Shown piece after piece: positions 50,501 through 64,000 of a DNA stretch of 64,000 nucleotides. The notes beneath the pieces were generated by a model, which was given only the letters and a program-made list of their open reading frames with translations, had not been told where the DNA came from and made no database searches. This DNA comes from Antedon mediterranea. Lineage: Eukaryota; Animalia; Echinodermata. The stretch is taken from NCBI RefSeq assembly GCF_964355755.1, contig NC_092671.1, forward strand, positions 5,146,001 through 5,210,000. The letters are read 5' to 3'. Every line of letters begins with the position of its first letter. Within the stretch, counting starts at the first letter, position 1. The position numbers and the translations under genes were made by a program.

Positions 50501-53500
50501 ATAAATGCCATTTTCATAGTTCTGGAGCCAATTTAATGCAACTAAGATTAAAAACACAAATAAAAATTGATTTTTAAAGTGTGATCTTAAACATTTTAAA
50601 GCTTTTGACACATTACAACAAATATAATTGTTATTCATATCATAGTTTACTAATACTGTATGAAATTAGTTATTATACAATAAAAGTTAACAAAGTTTTA
50701 AATTTTAATAAAACAATTGAATTCTAAAATTCTGAGAAACATGAAAAAGTGAAAATACACTTGTTTTTGTTGGTACTTTTAAAGGAAAAAAATTTATTAT
50801 TCCAGACACTTCCTTATAGAATAGCAAAACATTTTTTTTCTAGACAGCTGTTGGTAAAAACCGTTCAGCTCCATCACGACTCCATCACGCTTCCGGATTT
50901 TAAGGGGAAGAAAAATGGTACAGTTTTGTTTTTTTCTAAATATCCAAATAGCCTAAGTAAATGAATGTCATTCATTCTGTAGATATGTTTATCAAACACT
51001 ATTTACTATTTATAGCTGGCTAAAATATAGTATTGTCAACTTCAATATTTGTTGGATGAAAAAATAATAAAAACGATTAAATTCTTTTTGTTAAAGTGTT
51101 TAAAGATAGTGATTGTTTTTTGTGTAAAGCATTCTGTAATAAAATAAATTCTGTTAAAATTTCAGTTTAAATAATTTATTTGTTGTTTTTATAGAATAAT
51201 TATATAAATTTTAATATCCTAAATAATTATGTTGCGAGTACATTATTTTGTTAATAAAAACACTATAATTTAATATGTTGAAATGTGTCTACATATGAAG
51301 AAAACCTGGTTAGTGTATTCGATTCTAGATTTTGGAAGCCTGGTAAAAGGCATTTATAATGATTTGCGTAGAATTTAAATTTATAATTCATTTGAATATT
51401 TTCAATGTCGAAGTTCAAAGATTAAGTTAATTGTTTGTTCATTAAAAATTGCAAAACTATGTTGGAATCTCACTATGACTAAAAAGCTAATTACTGCAGA
51501 TTAATATATCTTGGCGACTTAATAATATTCATTGTAATATTTAAAATGTCAAAGGTCATTTAATAAACATGGATACAATCAACAGCAGGTTCAATTTCCG
51601 ATACAATGACATGAGGCGCGTCGAGAAGAATGTAGATCACAATTGTTATTTAGAGATTATACGACATCCGCAATTTCTTTGAGACCTAGATATTGTGACT
51701 TCAAAATTCCATCTCTTGTTATCTTATTAATTATATTTGATTAATGATACAATGTTTGAGATTGAATCGTTTCATTACTGGCTCAGAAATCTGATAGAGG
51801 CTGTCCAATGGCAGCAGAACATTATACATAGACAATATTGGTCAAAGGATATATCGGTAACAAAGCTGTGTTTTAGAATTTTGTCGTCGGTTTTAAGATT
51901 ACGTTGTACTTTGGCGATATATTCAGGTCAGGGTATTATTCATATAGATTAGAGTACAATTTGAATTTATAATTTACAATAGTGGAAGTGACAATTTCAT
52001 TATACAGTACATACAATATACAGGACTTTAGTATATATTACCCCTTTTGGTGTGAAAGGGGTATATGTTAAGGACAATGTCAACATTTTTATAACGCAGT
52101 TACTATAGTACAACATTTTGTTTACATTATTATGACATTTTTTTTAATTTATTTTTTGGATAAACCATAAACTTCTCCATTAAACAAATATATTATGTAT
52201 TACAACTTTTTAAAATAATTTTAAGATTCATTTTTCAAATAAAGACAAATCCAAATCAAAACCTGATTTTTGTTTCATTTGATTTATATTTTTCTTTCTT
52301 ATACTAAAATCAATTTTTTTTGTGTGTTAAATTTAGATATGTAAAGCGTTAATAACTTTGAAAAAAAAAAAAGCGGTGTTCGATCAAATTTTGAAGTATT
52401 AGCAATTACTAATTAAAAAAGTACATTCATCCCATTAAGGATATTGAAACTTGGCACGGCATACCATATTTCATAATTGATATATTGATGAATTTTGATT
52501 TAAAATTAATGTTTTAACCTCAGAATGGCAGGAATTAATATAGGGTTAAACACCCATTATGAGAGACATTTTTAAAATTGAAACTTGCAGATGACATAAT
52601 ACCATATTTATAACATTTTGGCTAATAAAAATTATCAATATTATTATTACTGTACTATTACATATTAATCAGTATTTATAAATATCTATCAATTATTATC
52701 CTCACCTGTTTTCGTGATCTTGATTTCCCTGTCCGGAGTTTAATATACCTAGCTATAAGTTCATTACGACCTGTAAAGATTAAGACAAAAAAGTATATAC
52801 ATTTTAGAACATCTATTCGTCATTTTATTCAGGATGGAAACGGCAGATTTATTGAACAAAAGTTTACTTTACAAGCAGTTGTATGTTACCATCTTTGAAT
52901 AGGGAGAATACCATATTTATTTGAATTACCACCACACTTTGAATAAATTCTTCTCCTCCCACCCCCACCCATTAAACATAAGACATTATCGCCAAGGCTG
53001 AGGCATTTCTTTATTTCCTCAAAAACATTATATACACAATTTTGTATTATAAGACATTTATATTTGTAGTAGAATTCATTGACTGCCATGATCTACTTAT
53101 CACTTTTTTTATATTAATTGTTTTATATTTATTCATATTTACAGTTTTTATTATGTTACCATTATTACAACCAAAAAAAATAAAGGCTTCCCCAAATAAA
53201 TGCTTCCCTCAAATAAACGTGGTGTTTATTCAAATAAATATGGTATTTTTATTTCTTAAAAAAAGATTGATTTACATATTTGACATATTTTAGTTTAAAG
53301 TTCATATCATAATAACATGTTAAATTAATTAGAAGTGATCAATTTTATTCATATAGTTTTATTACATTGTTGTGAATATCTATTACAAACAATATTAATT
53401 ACTTTTATTACTTAATTCAATGATTAAATGAATATATGAATAAATTATCTTAAGATGACAATAATAAGTAATGTATAACCTAACCTAGATAGAACCTGGC

Positions 53501-56500
53501 AAACATTAAAAAAAATGTACAGTAATTATCATTTTTATTTATTTAATTAAATACTAAAATTGATTTTCTTTCCCCACATATTATATTTTGGATACGCAAT
53601 ACATTCAGTTTACTTCCATAACATACCACAAATATTTTTATAAAATGTTATTTTCAATATTATCACATACAACTGTCGATGTCGCAGTGGTTACCGTAGG
53701 TAGAGTATTTGACTCTCAATCCAGAGGCTTTGGGTTCAAGCTCTGTATGTTTATGTCAATTTTCAGAAAAAAAATTTAATTCAAAAGGAGAAACAACATT
53801 TAACCAGTTAGAAAACATGTTAGATTTTGATGGTGTTTGTACTGTACACTCCTTGCTTAATAATAATTCTTCAACACTCTGAACTTAAGAAATACCATAC
53901 CTTTAGGGTTGACAAAACAAAGTAATCATTCATAAATATAATTTAATCTTATTTTGGTTTGATTACGAGTACTTCTATAACGACCGAATGTGAAATTCTT
54001 TTATACAATAAACCCTTTAGGCCTAACACATCAAGATCGACATAATTATTTGTGTATTGCTTGCGTCGTCACATTTGCGACCTGATTTTAACGTTACATT
54101 ATTGTCCTAGGGTCATAAGAATCGAGACAATTACTTGTTGCACTTGCTTTCATATGTTCTTCTGTTACCCGATTTATGTAAATTTTATCAGTCAAATACT
54201 CGCAAGAAAACTATTATTTATGGTTTAATTATCATTATTGAATGAATAAGTGGAAAGGGGGAAAGGCCAATAAATTGTATTGAATTGCATTTTTTCAATC
54301 CACAAAAAAATATATCAGAAATGAAATTTAAAAGGAAAATTAAATTAATTGCAGAAACAATCATGTCATCATACTGTCAACTTAATTCTGTCAACTTAAT
54401 TCTGTCAACTTAATTCTGTCAAATAAATATATTTATTTATATTTTTTTAGATAGTTTGGTACAGTAGTTTTTGGATCATATAATGATATAGGTCCTGTTT
54501 CTGCTGCATAAAAATAATCGGTGAAAAACGGTGTTATTAAATTAACTCCAAATTTCTTGGGAGCAGAAACAGGACAATTTTGTGGTAAACAGTTAAAAGG
54601 CAGTGCAAAACAACCAGTTACAAACACCCATTCAAAATTGCATTTTGGGTAAATAATTTTTGTCAACAACCACCCACTGATTTAAATGGTTATTCTGGAG
54701 CAAAAATTGAGCAGAAAATGCAGTCAATATAAAAATTACATTTTTAAAATAATCGGTTTATTCGGCGCTATGCAGCAGATAATAACTTGAATCATATTTA
54801 AGTCACATGTTGCTACTATACCAACAATGTGCTCATTTCGTCAAATACTTTAAATATTTCTTTAACAGTATGTGATGAAATTGACACAATATAATTTTAT
54901 TATTGTCGCAAGTAATATAAAAGAATAAAACAGAGTAATGACATAAATATTGTGAATACACAAATGTTTTATTCATTAATAAGTGATATACGACAATATG
55001 AAAAACTATTTCTACAATTTTCTAACAAATATCACCGGAAACTTTCTTTCCTTATAAACACTATTATTTTTCAAAATATCGTTTATATTTCCAGCCATAC
55101 ATCATCACTATTATTAAATACAAACTGTTTGTACAATAGCAATAACCTTCTTCCGTTTTGTGTTATTTTTCTGTGAATAATTATATTTTGATATTTTTCT
55201 ATTCCAAATATGGACTGATAATTCAGAATGTTTAATTTCTAAAATAAATTCTGTTTATTGTTTACCACAAACATTATTTTAACAACTAATTATTATTAGT
55301 ACATTATTATGCATCAATTCTATCATATTCCATTCAATTTGATTTTTTATACAAAATTTCCTTTTTTGTAAAATTTATGTAAAAAAATCATACAATTTTA
55401 AATAAAAAAAAAACCATGGAAAATTTTAGAAAATAAAAACATAACTAAACTTTGTTGGTATTTCATTAAACGTTAACAATATATTTTATTAGGAAAATTG
55501 TTTTTCGAACTATGTAACCCTACCAAAGTGCAAGAGATCATTAAAAAACATGGAGTACTTTGGATGAAGTGAGCACATTAAGATTTAAGATTAAGTATCT
55601 ATTTTAGGTCTACAAAGACGCCCGAAGAAATACAACTGTGAACCGGCCAAGATGAAAACATTATTTATAGCCATCAAACCCAGACATGATCATTGTTATA
55701 CTTCTTATAATGTAGAAAAGCGATTTGTTTAAAGGTCAAAAGTCATTAGAACAGTGCTGTTTGTGAAGTAAAAATCTTATATAAACCTTTAAACTATAGT
55801 TGGGCTTTTCAGGGTTATTCAACTATTGTTGTGGAATCTCCTATCCACAAATTCATCGTTCAATATACACTGCTGTGATACAATAGAATAAAAAAAAACA
55901 ACAATAGAACCAGTGAGCCAAAATTGAGTATTGTTAATATTCTTTTAAAATAAAAACATGTTTTCATTGTAAAGACACTTGAACAAATATACACAGAGCT
56001 AACATCATTATGCACGGCTCTAAAAATGACTCAAATATATACAATAACACTTTTGGTTAGAAAATACAGTAGTATTTAAAAGTTAGAAATTCTAAAAAAA
56101 ATCACATTGTCACAAATTGTTTTGAGGGAAAAGATGGTAAAACAAGGGATTTCCAAGTTAAAAAGATTTATTTTTGGCAGACTTGGTGTAAAGCATGGTC
56201 AAACATTATATGGAGCTAAAACAATTTAAATAAATGATAGAGGCAGCTATATAAAGCACATTTATAGTAAAACAATTTTCTAGTAAACATTTGGTATAAA
56301 AGGCGCATTCCATATGGTATGATAAACTTTTCAAGAAGTAGTCATTTATTCACTCTCTGAAGTATTTCACCAATGTTTCCATGTTTGTATTAAAAGTTAA
56401 GTCCAACTCCACCCATATTTTGGCTACGCCAGATATTTTCAGGTGCTTGACAGTTGATAGATGACTGATAATTAATGTTATTATTAATAGTATTGTATAT

Positions 56501-59500
56501 TAATTCCAAATGGTTTTCACTTCCGAAACCAAAAACACATGACTAATACTGTAGTGTGCCCTCTATGTAAAGACAAAGAGGGTCCAATAACAGTTGATTC
56601 TGAGCCATTAGCGGGGATGCCACAGTGATGCTAGTTAGAGGCTTAGGTTACATGCCCATTGAGGTGATGGGTCATTTACATAGTTAATAACACCATTTAG
56701 TAGTTGACTTCTATACTTGCTTAATTAAGTTACAGGTTTTATTATTATTATTACAAATATGAATATCAACATCACAGATATAAGCATAACATTTCATTTA
56801 TGGGAAAATCTTTGGCAGTGTTTATTTTGATCAAATTTACAATGCTTGTAAAAAGTAAAAATCTACCGAGTAAAAAAATCAAAAAAGATAATTATCATGC
56901 TATTAAAAAAACTTCTGGGGTGAGGTAAAATTGGAGACCGCCAATTGCATGTCAGCTAAAAATTGCTCCAAAAAAATCTGTATACAGAACGGCTTTTGCC
57001 GACAAGATTAGAATCATTTGGATATTATTTTGAAATGGTTTATAAGATTGGTTCTGTTTTTTTTAATGTTTTTTTTTTTTTGGTGGACCTATTTCTGGTA
57101 TACCAAAAATATTCCTTCTAGTTGCCATAAGCATGGTATCTGAATAAACATAATTCTTGATAAAATTGATACAATCTCTTTAGTAGGGATAAAACACTAC
57201 AGCTTACCGATATTCAGGACACAACTATTATAGATCCAAAAGGTATCCTTTAATAAGGATTCTACTGTAGGCCTACTACCAGATAAAGTCATCTTATATT
57301 TATATAATAACTTTAAATTAATCCTGATTTACACCACATTGGTTAGAATTCTGTGTGATTAAATTTGACATTACAATGTCGGATTAATTTAATTCCTTAA
57401 GATTAAAATTTGGAAATTCATTAAAAAAGAAAACATGATGATAATCGTAACAGAGATCACACTAATTAAATACCATTCAGATTAAATTATAAAAGAATGC
57501 ATGCATACATGGAAATACGGCTACATTATATCAGTTATCAATTTGTGAATTACAGAAGTAGAATAACAATAATAAAATTATGTATTTTTTTATGTTTTAA
57601 TTTAATTGTTTTCCCTTTTAAATGAAACTTTAATAACTAATAGCATGATAAACATGAAAATACAGTTGACTCTCCCAAGACAAGAATTTTTATGGTAAAA
57701 ACAAATTCTAAATTTAAACTATATGGCACTTTTTCTGGAGAACCACCAGCAAAAAAAAATCTTGTTAAGCGTTAACCTTAAATAGATAAGATAAATTTCA
57801 GGGAATGTTGTGATTTTATTAATGAAATTAAACTTATTTTTTTTAACAGAGGCAGCTCAAAAATAAGGGGAGAAAGGTGATGCTTAATTAGAAATAAATG
57901 GTTTCACTTCTTTTGTAGGAGATAAAATGATAGATACAATTTTTAAAAACAAAAATGGTCATTGGAAAACTGCTTAATCGAATATTATAATATAAGTTGT
58001 GAGGCAATTTATTGGTCAATCTTTTTCATCCTTTCGCTCATATTTATAGAAAATGTTTTCTCTGCTTTGACCTGACAGGTCCTGGTGTTAGATACAGCTA
58101 ACATTGACCAATCATAATCAGCGTTTACATAAAGCTTTTACATGACTGGTATACTGTTAAGTCACTCAGCAGTCAGTCTCTGTCTGAGTAAACAAATCTG
58201 AACAAACAGTTGCGACTTGATAAATTAGGTTAAACCATGGAGGAAAATGGTTAAACCTATCAGACACAATACTGATTAGGCCTACTATAAGTGTTTTCAA
58301 CCTTTTTTAGGTTTCAGTGAATTTAGAAATGTTTTACTGATGGTGGCACTTCTTTAGTTGTAGCGCTGTGCAGCTTATTTGATCATGTCGGTTACAACGA
58401 TGCCTACTTTTAATGATGGCTGTGTAGTTTTGGTTGTAGCAATTTGGCATCGAAGTGCGAATTGAATAGATGCTTACTTCACTACGATGCTTTTTTTTAC
58501 TGCTTTTTTTTTGCTATACTTGACTAGGACATTTATTTTACTGCAACTTGCTTGACTGCGATGTTTATTGAACACTGTGCTAACAGCATCACTTGTTTGC
58601 GGCACATATTTGTCAATTTTTAACGCAATTAAACAATTTGATATTTGTACAAATCATGAAACAAGTTTATATTAATAGCCATAAAAAATATAATTATTGC
58701 CTTGAACAAAATAACCCTGCGATTGGCGACAATAAAACTTACTGACAACCATAAGGTGGGATTATACTTGATCGAGATCCAAAATAATTATATAGACTAT
58801 CTAAACTCTGGCCTACAATAATAAGCAATCAATATAGCAGTTCCTTGGGCACAATTGCATAGTCAATCAAAAGAGACATCACAGTACATATCACATAAGT
58901 TCACAGAATGAAATCTTATAATTTAATGATGTACTATACTTTTTTCCAATTCTAAAATTATCTAAACACTTAAAGGGTAACTCCGGGTTCAATATTTCTA
59001 GTGCTTATAAAATTTCAACCTTTGCAACAACATTGATCCCACTTGTTTTTCAAAAAGGTGTTAAGAAATAAGCCCCTTTAAAAAAAAAGTGATGCTACCT
59101 GACTTTTTCATGTTATAAGATAAGGAATTCACAAAAAGTTACTGTCATCTATGTAAATTTGAAGAATTTTTCTTTAGGAAAAATCGAAAGAACGATAAAA
59201 TTTACATAAGAAAATATTATTTTATTACAAATAGTTACCCGATTGACGATTGTAAACCATTGAAAATCAGAAAAAATTATATATATTTATAAAATAACAA
59301 ATTTGTAACCAGGAGCAGTCTGTTATAGTTAAAACAAGGAAACAAATTCATTGCAAGCTACCAAAAAAATAATCGCACTTATGATGTAGAATAGTATTTA
59401 TACTTAAATTTGACCCCTAAACCTTTCAATTTTTATTTCCTCAATCACTATAAAAACTGTATAACCACCACTCTCTGTTATCCACACTTTTCAAAAACTT

Positions 59501-62500
59501 TTGTTTGAGTTGACGAAATGGATTTGACAAAAGCCGGTTTAGCTTGTCAAAAGAATAGGCGAAGTTGTTAAAACCAATCATTGTGTTAACACTCAAAAGA
59601 AACAAATGGATCTCCTATCATGCTTGATTGAACACAACTCTATAAGAACTATACAGGAGATTGGTTTTCTAAAAAGCAGGTAACACCCAATATACAGCAC
59701 CATTCACTTTTCTTACCTATGAATTGCACACAACAAGTTTAGCAGCTGGTTCAGCTCTGACGTGATCAATTGAAAATTCCCGCTTTTCACATACATTACC
59801 CGAAGAATACCTCTAAGAAAAACGGTTCGATCGCAAACAGGTGTTGCACAAAAAAAATACACATAAAACAACATTATATATGGGTTGCCACATGGTTGAC
59901 ATTTCGAAAAATTAATATATAAAAATAATTATAGGAGTAATGTAATACTACAGATGCTATAATACATTTTTATTTGTTGGATGACTTAAAAGCAGTTGGA
60001 TTTTTGTTTGACCAACTAACGGTAATTTATATAACAGATTTAACATTCACGATTTTGAAGTATTTGATTTACTGGTCCGATATTTATTTTTTCGCAAAAC
60101 AATTTATAACAGTGTAGAAAAAATATTTCAATATTTATCAATCTTGGCTAGTTGACAAAGTGACTCATACAGTCTACTTTACAAAGAAGAAATAAGTCAC
60201 TGTATACCACATTGAAGAAATTAACTATTTAACAGAAAAATAAAACAGATTTAACAAAAAACATTTTTTAAAAACATTATATTAAGCTTAATATAAGTTT
60301 TGGTTTAATAAACTTACATTTTTTAATATTCAAAATTTAAACTGTTGCCTGTCCAATTAAACACTACAGGATGCAATTTTTGATTATCTAAAATTGATAA
60401 TACTGTAGCACTACAATATTTATTATATCTTGCAGTAATTTAAACATGAAATTTTCAAATTGCATACTTTTTTTGTGATAAAATATTTTAATAAATTCAG
60501 TTCAGGATACATAATCTATTGTTAAAACGATTTTTTAAATATTTTCCAGTTAAGAACATTTTTAATCAGGACTACACAAAAATATCTGATTGAAAAAATA
60601 TGTACTAAATGAAACTGAATTGTAATTGGCTCTCTGCTAGAGCTAAGCCGATCAAAGACACCAGATCGGGTTTAATTGAAATAAGATGTTCGAGTAATTT
60701 TTATTGCTCGTGTTTAAACTTCATTTATGGCAAACTTCCTTTTACATGGATTTCTTGGTATATTTACAAAACTAATTAAGTCCATATTTTTTTATAGATT
60801 TTTTTAAAGATACAAAACAGTAACTGTTCTTTAATGATTCAGAGTGATTCGTTCGTACTCAAAGGGCGTATAAAACCACCCTCCCTGGGGTGAACCATAC
60901 AACCCCCTTGGGAGCGGCCTTTTGTGTTACACCAATATTTATAATTTGTTGTTTTTTGTATTGCCTGTTAAATTGTTTCCAGCTATTTCATATTTTCGTA
61001 TCTGGGTAACCTTGTTCTTAAAACAACACTTATATCCTACTAGGCAGTCAGTAATAAGTAAACTCCAACCGAAAGGTCAGCACTAAGGTGTTACACACTG
61101 CATTTATTGTATACACAACTTTTGTGGTTGAAAAACAGGTTTATCAACATTTGTTCCTTGCTACTACAGTAGAAGTAAACTGACCTCTGACCTTGGCCAC
61201 CTACACAAAACCAGAGATAAAACTATATATTTCCCTTTTACAATCAACTTTGAGAGAAACACAAGTTTAAATCCGAGGCCATCCTCATCACACTACCGAA
61301 AATATAAAAGATCCAAAAACTGTGAAATGAACTCGGGTTGAACCCATTTATGCCATAGTGATCTGATAGATCATTTTTTATTTTAGAGCTGTATTGTAAT
61401 CAACCAACTATAAATATCGCATAACTTTTGCATGAATCAATGTTTTTTTTAATCCAATATCACCATTATTTAGCAAATCACAATGGTTGTTGCTTTACGT
61501 GCCTATTTCAATCAGAGTTAACACAGACGATGAATTAAGCTTCTATCAAGCCTGGTGTATGTGTACCACACCACTAAACCTAATTAAACTTCCCTGGTGT
61601 GAGTGATAGTATAAAATGGGTAAAACACCCAATTGTTTTGCGCAATAAAATAATAGTATTGAAATGCTTACAAATGACAACATGACTGATCTCTAAAGTA
61701 ATTGACATGATCAATCCGTGAAAAGGAGTTAATATACTGTAGATAATGGTTTAATCCGAAGACCATCCCATTATCACCTCTAATTAACTCTGATCTATAT
61801 TACACAAAGTTCATTCATTAGCACGTGTTTAAAATTAAGTAAAGAAACTTTACCAAAGGTAAATTTGACCATTGTTCGCACTTGAATAATTTCACAGTTT
61901 TACAGGTTTTACCAAATCTTAACCATGATGGTGATAAACAATATCAGAGTAAACAACCAATGTAAATGTGAGTTCTAACTCTCTTTCTCATATATCTCTC
62001 TCTGTTAACATTGATATAATATCAGACCAAGTATGTTTGAATGCAAAACAAGTTAAACCGCAAAGTTGACTTTAACTCCAATCGAAAAAAAGAGTGTGTA
62101 AACAAAGCAAATTATTTTTGGTGATGAAATAATAGAAATTTTTGAAAAATTTGTTAGGATAGAAATGTACAATGTATGATGTATTGAACATTTTTTGTAG
62201 TTTTTAAATTACTTTGTACATAAGTTGCGATGAGAAAATTTAATCATTAGTTGATGTGTGCATTATACAAGTACAACTACAATACCAGACACCTTTGGGC
62301 TGGCCAAATATGTCTGGTTTTCCAGAAAGTCTGTTACTGTATTTAGAATGTTTTAATGGTAAAGAGGAAATTGGGATCTTTCAGAAAGTCTGGTTTTGGG
62401 AGAGTTTTCTGGTTTTCAGAGAGTCCGGAATTGGGAGAGTTGAACTCTGGGAATTCAGATAAAACTTGCGTAAAAAGTGAAAGATATCGTACCATACATC

Positions 62501-62670
62501 TTGCCTTCATCAGACAGGATAATTTTCCGCCTTCCACACGGCGGATAAATTGCTAATGCTTCCTGGAAGCTTTGTTCAATCTCCGGACTCCATACTCCTT
62601 CCGCATCGTTGCCGGGGTCCTCGTCGGAGAGGTTCCCACTCTGACTGCTTGGGTTCCAACTGTCTGTCAT
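35441..62670 (-). CDS. TEAD: TEAD/TEF-1/scalloped transcription factor, complete spliced CDS, 417 aa
   Basis: complement(join(35441..35554,37520..37672,39189..39270,39837..39895,40875..40982,42418..42480,43547..43715,44146..44186,45832..45990,48734..48796 OR 48583..48645,52706..52770,62493..62670)) = 1254 nt; all GT-AG, phases compatible. TEA domain [18 protein letters not shown]...[16 protein letters not shown]...VSSHIQVL and YAP-binding domain ending HHIYRLVKD*. Confidence 0.97.
37520..37672 (-). CDS. TEAD: TEAD coding exon 11 (contains the palmitoylated Cys motif SPMCEY)
   Basis: tgcag|[51 protein letters not shown]|gtgag. Confidence 0.97.
39189..39270 (-). CDS. TEAD: TEAD coding exon 10
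   Basis: tttag|(Q)[27 protein letters not shown]|gtaag. Confidence 0.96.
39595..39765. repeat. ~20-bp intronic minisatellite (aaattctgattcttgcgttc-like)
   Basis: About 8 diverged tandem units. Confidence 0.8.
39837..39895 (-). CDS. TEAD: TEAD coding exon 9
   Basis: attag|[19 protein letters not shown]+CA|gtgag. Confidence 0.94.
40875..40982 (-). CDS. TEAD: TEAD coding exon 8
   Basis: tttag|[36 protein letters not shown]|gtaag. Confidence 0.96.
42418..42480 (-). CDS. TEAD: TEAD coding exon 7
   Basis: tatag|[21 protein letters not shown]|gtaag. Confidence 0.94.
42690..43350. repeat. ~48-bp GAT-rich intronic minisatellite
   Basis: Unit gatgatgatgataatggcaacaaaaagaatgaggatggcattggtgag, about 12 copies, between TEAD exons 6 and 7. 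Confidence 0.92.
43547..43715 (-). CDS. TEAD: TEAD coding exon 6
   Basis: tttag|(D)QKPFQL...[30 protein letters not shown]|gtaag. Confidence 0.94.
43785..44080. repeat. ~29-bp intronic minisatellite (gggctggcctactatgtctggttttccc-like)
   Basis: About 9-10 diverged tandem units; single related copies at ~25318 and ~62297. Confidence 0.85.
44146..44186 (-). CDS. TEAD: TEAD coding exon 5
   Basis: cacag|[13 protein letters not shown]+GA|gtaag, 41 nt; supplies the phase 0-to-2 link. Confidence 0.9.
44856..45070 (-). mobile_element. tRNA-derived SINE with LINE-like 3' tail
   Basis: Minus strand GAGGCCGTGTGGTGCAGTG...GGGTCGAATCC (A/B boxes), core AAGACACTTTAC...CCTCTCTACACCCAGGT, tail GTGCTTTATAAAT...TATTATTATT. 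Confidence 0.7.
45832..45990 (-). CDS. TEAD: TEAD coding exon 4
   Basis: tgtag|[29 protein letters not shown]...TTGPP|gtaag. Confidence 0.95.
46779..46890. mobile_element. Short MITE with ~22-bp terminal inverted repeats (PIF/Harbinger-like)
   Basis: agctctgtctacactatcaaac ... gtttgatagtgtagacggagtt; a truncated relative lies at 14682-14747. Superfamily is inference. Confidence 0.75.
48583..48645 (-). CDS. TEAD: TEAD coding exon 3B (TEA helix 3, variant B)
   Basis: atcag|[21 protein letters not shown]|gtaac, 63 nt, phase 0-0. Confidence 0.9.
48734..48796 (-). CDS. TEAD: TEAD coding exon 3A (TEA helix 3, variant A)
   Basis: cctag|[21 protein letters not shown]|gtagg, 63 nt, phase 0-0. Confidence 0.95.
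52706..52770 (-). CDS. TEAD: TEAD coding exon 2
   Basis: tacag|(G)[21 protein letters not shown]|gtgag, 65 nt. Confidence 0.96.
54374..54422. repeat. 14-bp tandem repeat (ctgtcaacttaatt) x3.5
   Basis: Direct inspection. Confidence 0.9.
62493..62670 (-). CDS. TEAD: TEAD coding exon 1
   Basis: [10 protein letters not shown]...[38 protein letters not shown]+G|gtacg; the exon acceptor lies 25 nt upstream of the ATG (exon starts at 62695). Confidence 0.95.
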
Positions 62671-62674
62671 CTTG

Positions 62675-62683
62675 CTAACTCAT
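62675..62683 (-). promoter_or_regulatory. Minimal upstream ORF (ATG AGT TAG) 4 nt before the TEAD start codon
   Basis: Minus strand ...ccatag|actgagaggagtATGAGTTAGcaagATGACAGAC; within the same exon as the main ATG. Confidence 0.7.
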
Positions 62684-64000
62684 ACTCCTCTCAGTCTATG
62701 GAAAAAAAAATTTAAAAAATAAGATATTGTATTTTTCCATTAGATTTACAGCTATGTAAAACTCGCTTAGCCAGTTTCACCGACCTTTGTCCAGAATAAT
62801 AAGTTACATGAGAGGTAACTTAAGTTTTCTGGGCTTTTCATATTGGACATTTTGTGATCAGCTAGTACCAGTTAATTTCTTCTGTGATTGAGACTACAGT
62901 TTAATTTTTGTATTCATTGATAAGTATTAAATATCTATCTGGGCTTTTCATACTGGACTTTTTGTGATCTATCTGTGAATTTTTGCTGTGATTGGGAAAT
63001 AATAGTATTAGTAAATAATTTTTGTAGTCAATTATAAGTATCAAATATCCATAATATTTAGATACAATAATTCAACATTTTCCATGATAATTACGGCATT
63101 CACTAAGAAATTATTGTCAATAAGTTTCAGTATTATACAATTCTACAACTATAAGAAACTATGTAAAATAGAAAGTCTCCCAACCTATATTCCCAAAATG
63201 TGTTTTTTATTTCTTAATACATTTTGAAAAAAACAAACTTTCTATAAAAATCGATTTAAAAAAAAAGTTTAATTGCATCCGAATTTCTGCTACTCTGTCA
63301 ATGGATTTCGGACCTTTTGGACAACTACAGTTTTTTTTTCTGTGTTAATGGGAGTTAAATCTTTATTGAAACACAAAGATTAAAACCACAGCAAAATGAT
63401 CAAATCCGCTTTTTACTGTACTGGGGCTTACGGTTTTAATTCTATGTGATCTTATGATAACTGTACAGCATTGTTATAGCTAAAACACTGCAGAGTTGTA
63501 TGCACCATTCTCTGTGATCCCTGTGGAGTTCAAAGGTTATATAAAGGTTCATAACAGCTGACAGCTGATCTAATCAATCCTGCTAAAAATATCAAGTTAA
63601 ATATGTAACCAATCTACAGACAAAAAGTCATTTTTTTCCTAAATTACTAATTGAATTACGTCATACAATTCTAAGCTTTAACAAATCTGGTGGTATATAA
63701 TCAGGAGAGACCAAAAACGATGGTTTGGCGAAGTTAAGCAATTCCCCTTGTGGTCCAAGTGGTCTTGGACAATTGGAGGGAGACGTGTATAGTGTAAGAG
63801 TTTTTTTTAACGCCAGACAAATGTGATTCATATTTATTTCAGTCAAAGTTTTCAGTCAAGAACAACCTTTTCATTCAGAATCTTTACTTTATTTCTTAAC
63901 TTTAATATTACTTTTCACACCTTATCGTTGTATCACTATAATTACAACACCTCCTCATTCGATGTCTTTAAAATTCTATGCATTTTTTAATATACTAATT

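Noticed and set aside
53681-53745. tRNA gene (also 11812-11877, 12894-12963, 38848-38900)
   Set aside because: A/B-box-like motifs are present but there is no intact cloverleaf or acceptor stem; better explained as SINE heads
62829-63050. Diverged ~110-bp tandem duplication upstream of the first coding TEAD exon
   Set aside because: Non-coding local duplication with no sign of function

Overview
AT-rich animal genomic DNA, most likely an invertebrate deuterostome (inferred from the protein sequences and repeat content). It holds three host genes that the ORF track largely misses because they are spliced or run off the edge. (1) The 5' part of a minus-strand GNAT-type acyltransferase-like gene (1..344, truncated by the window edge). 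(2) Head-to-head with it, a complete 7-exon plus-strand kappaB-Ras/NKIRAS small GTPase gene (1545..23849, 190 aa). Its intron 4 holds a 5.5-kb near-perfect 83/84-bp tandem array related to a dispersed MITE-like family. Its last intron holds a full-length Gmr1-like Ty3/gypsy LTR retrotransposon (SCAN-like gag, PR-IN-RT-RH order, 5-bp TSD, two frameshifts) inserted in a 22-bp minisatellite. (3) A complete convergent minus-strand TEAD/scalloped gene (35441..62670, 417 aa, 12 coding exons per isoform). The most notable feature is that the 63-nt exon for the TEA DNA-recognition helix occurs as two intact, diverged tandem copies 88 nt apart, the architecture of mutually exclusive splicing. Between NKIRAS and TEAD lies a ~2.5-kb array of palindromic units. 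SINE and MITE fragments and minisatellites are scattered through the introns. No CRISPR array, rRNA or intact tRNA was seen.
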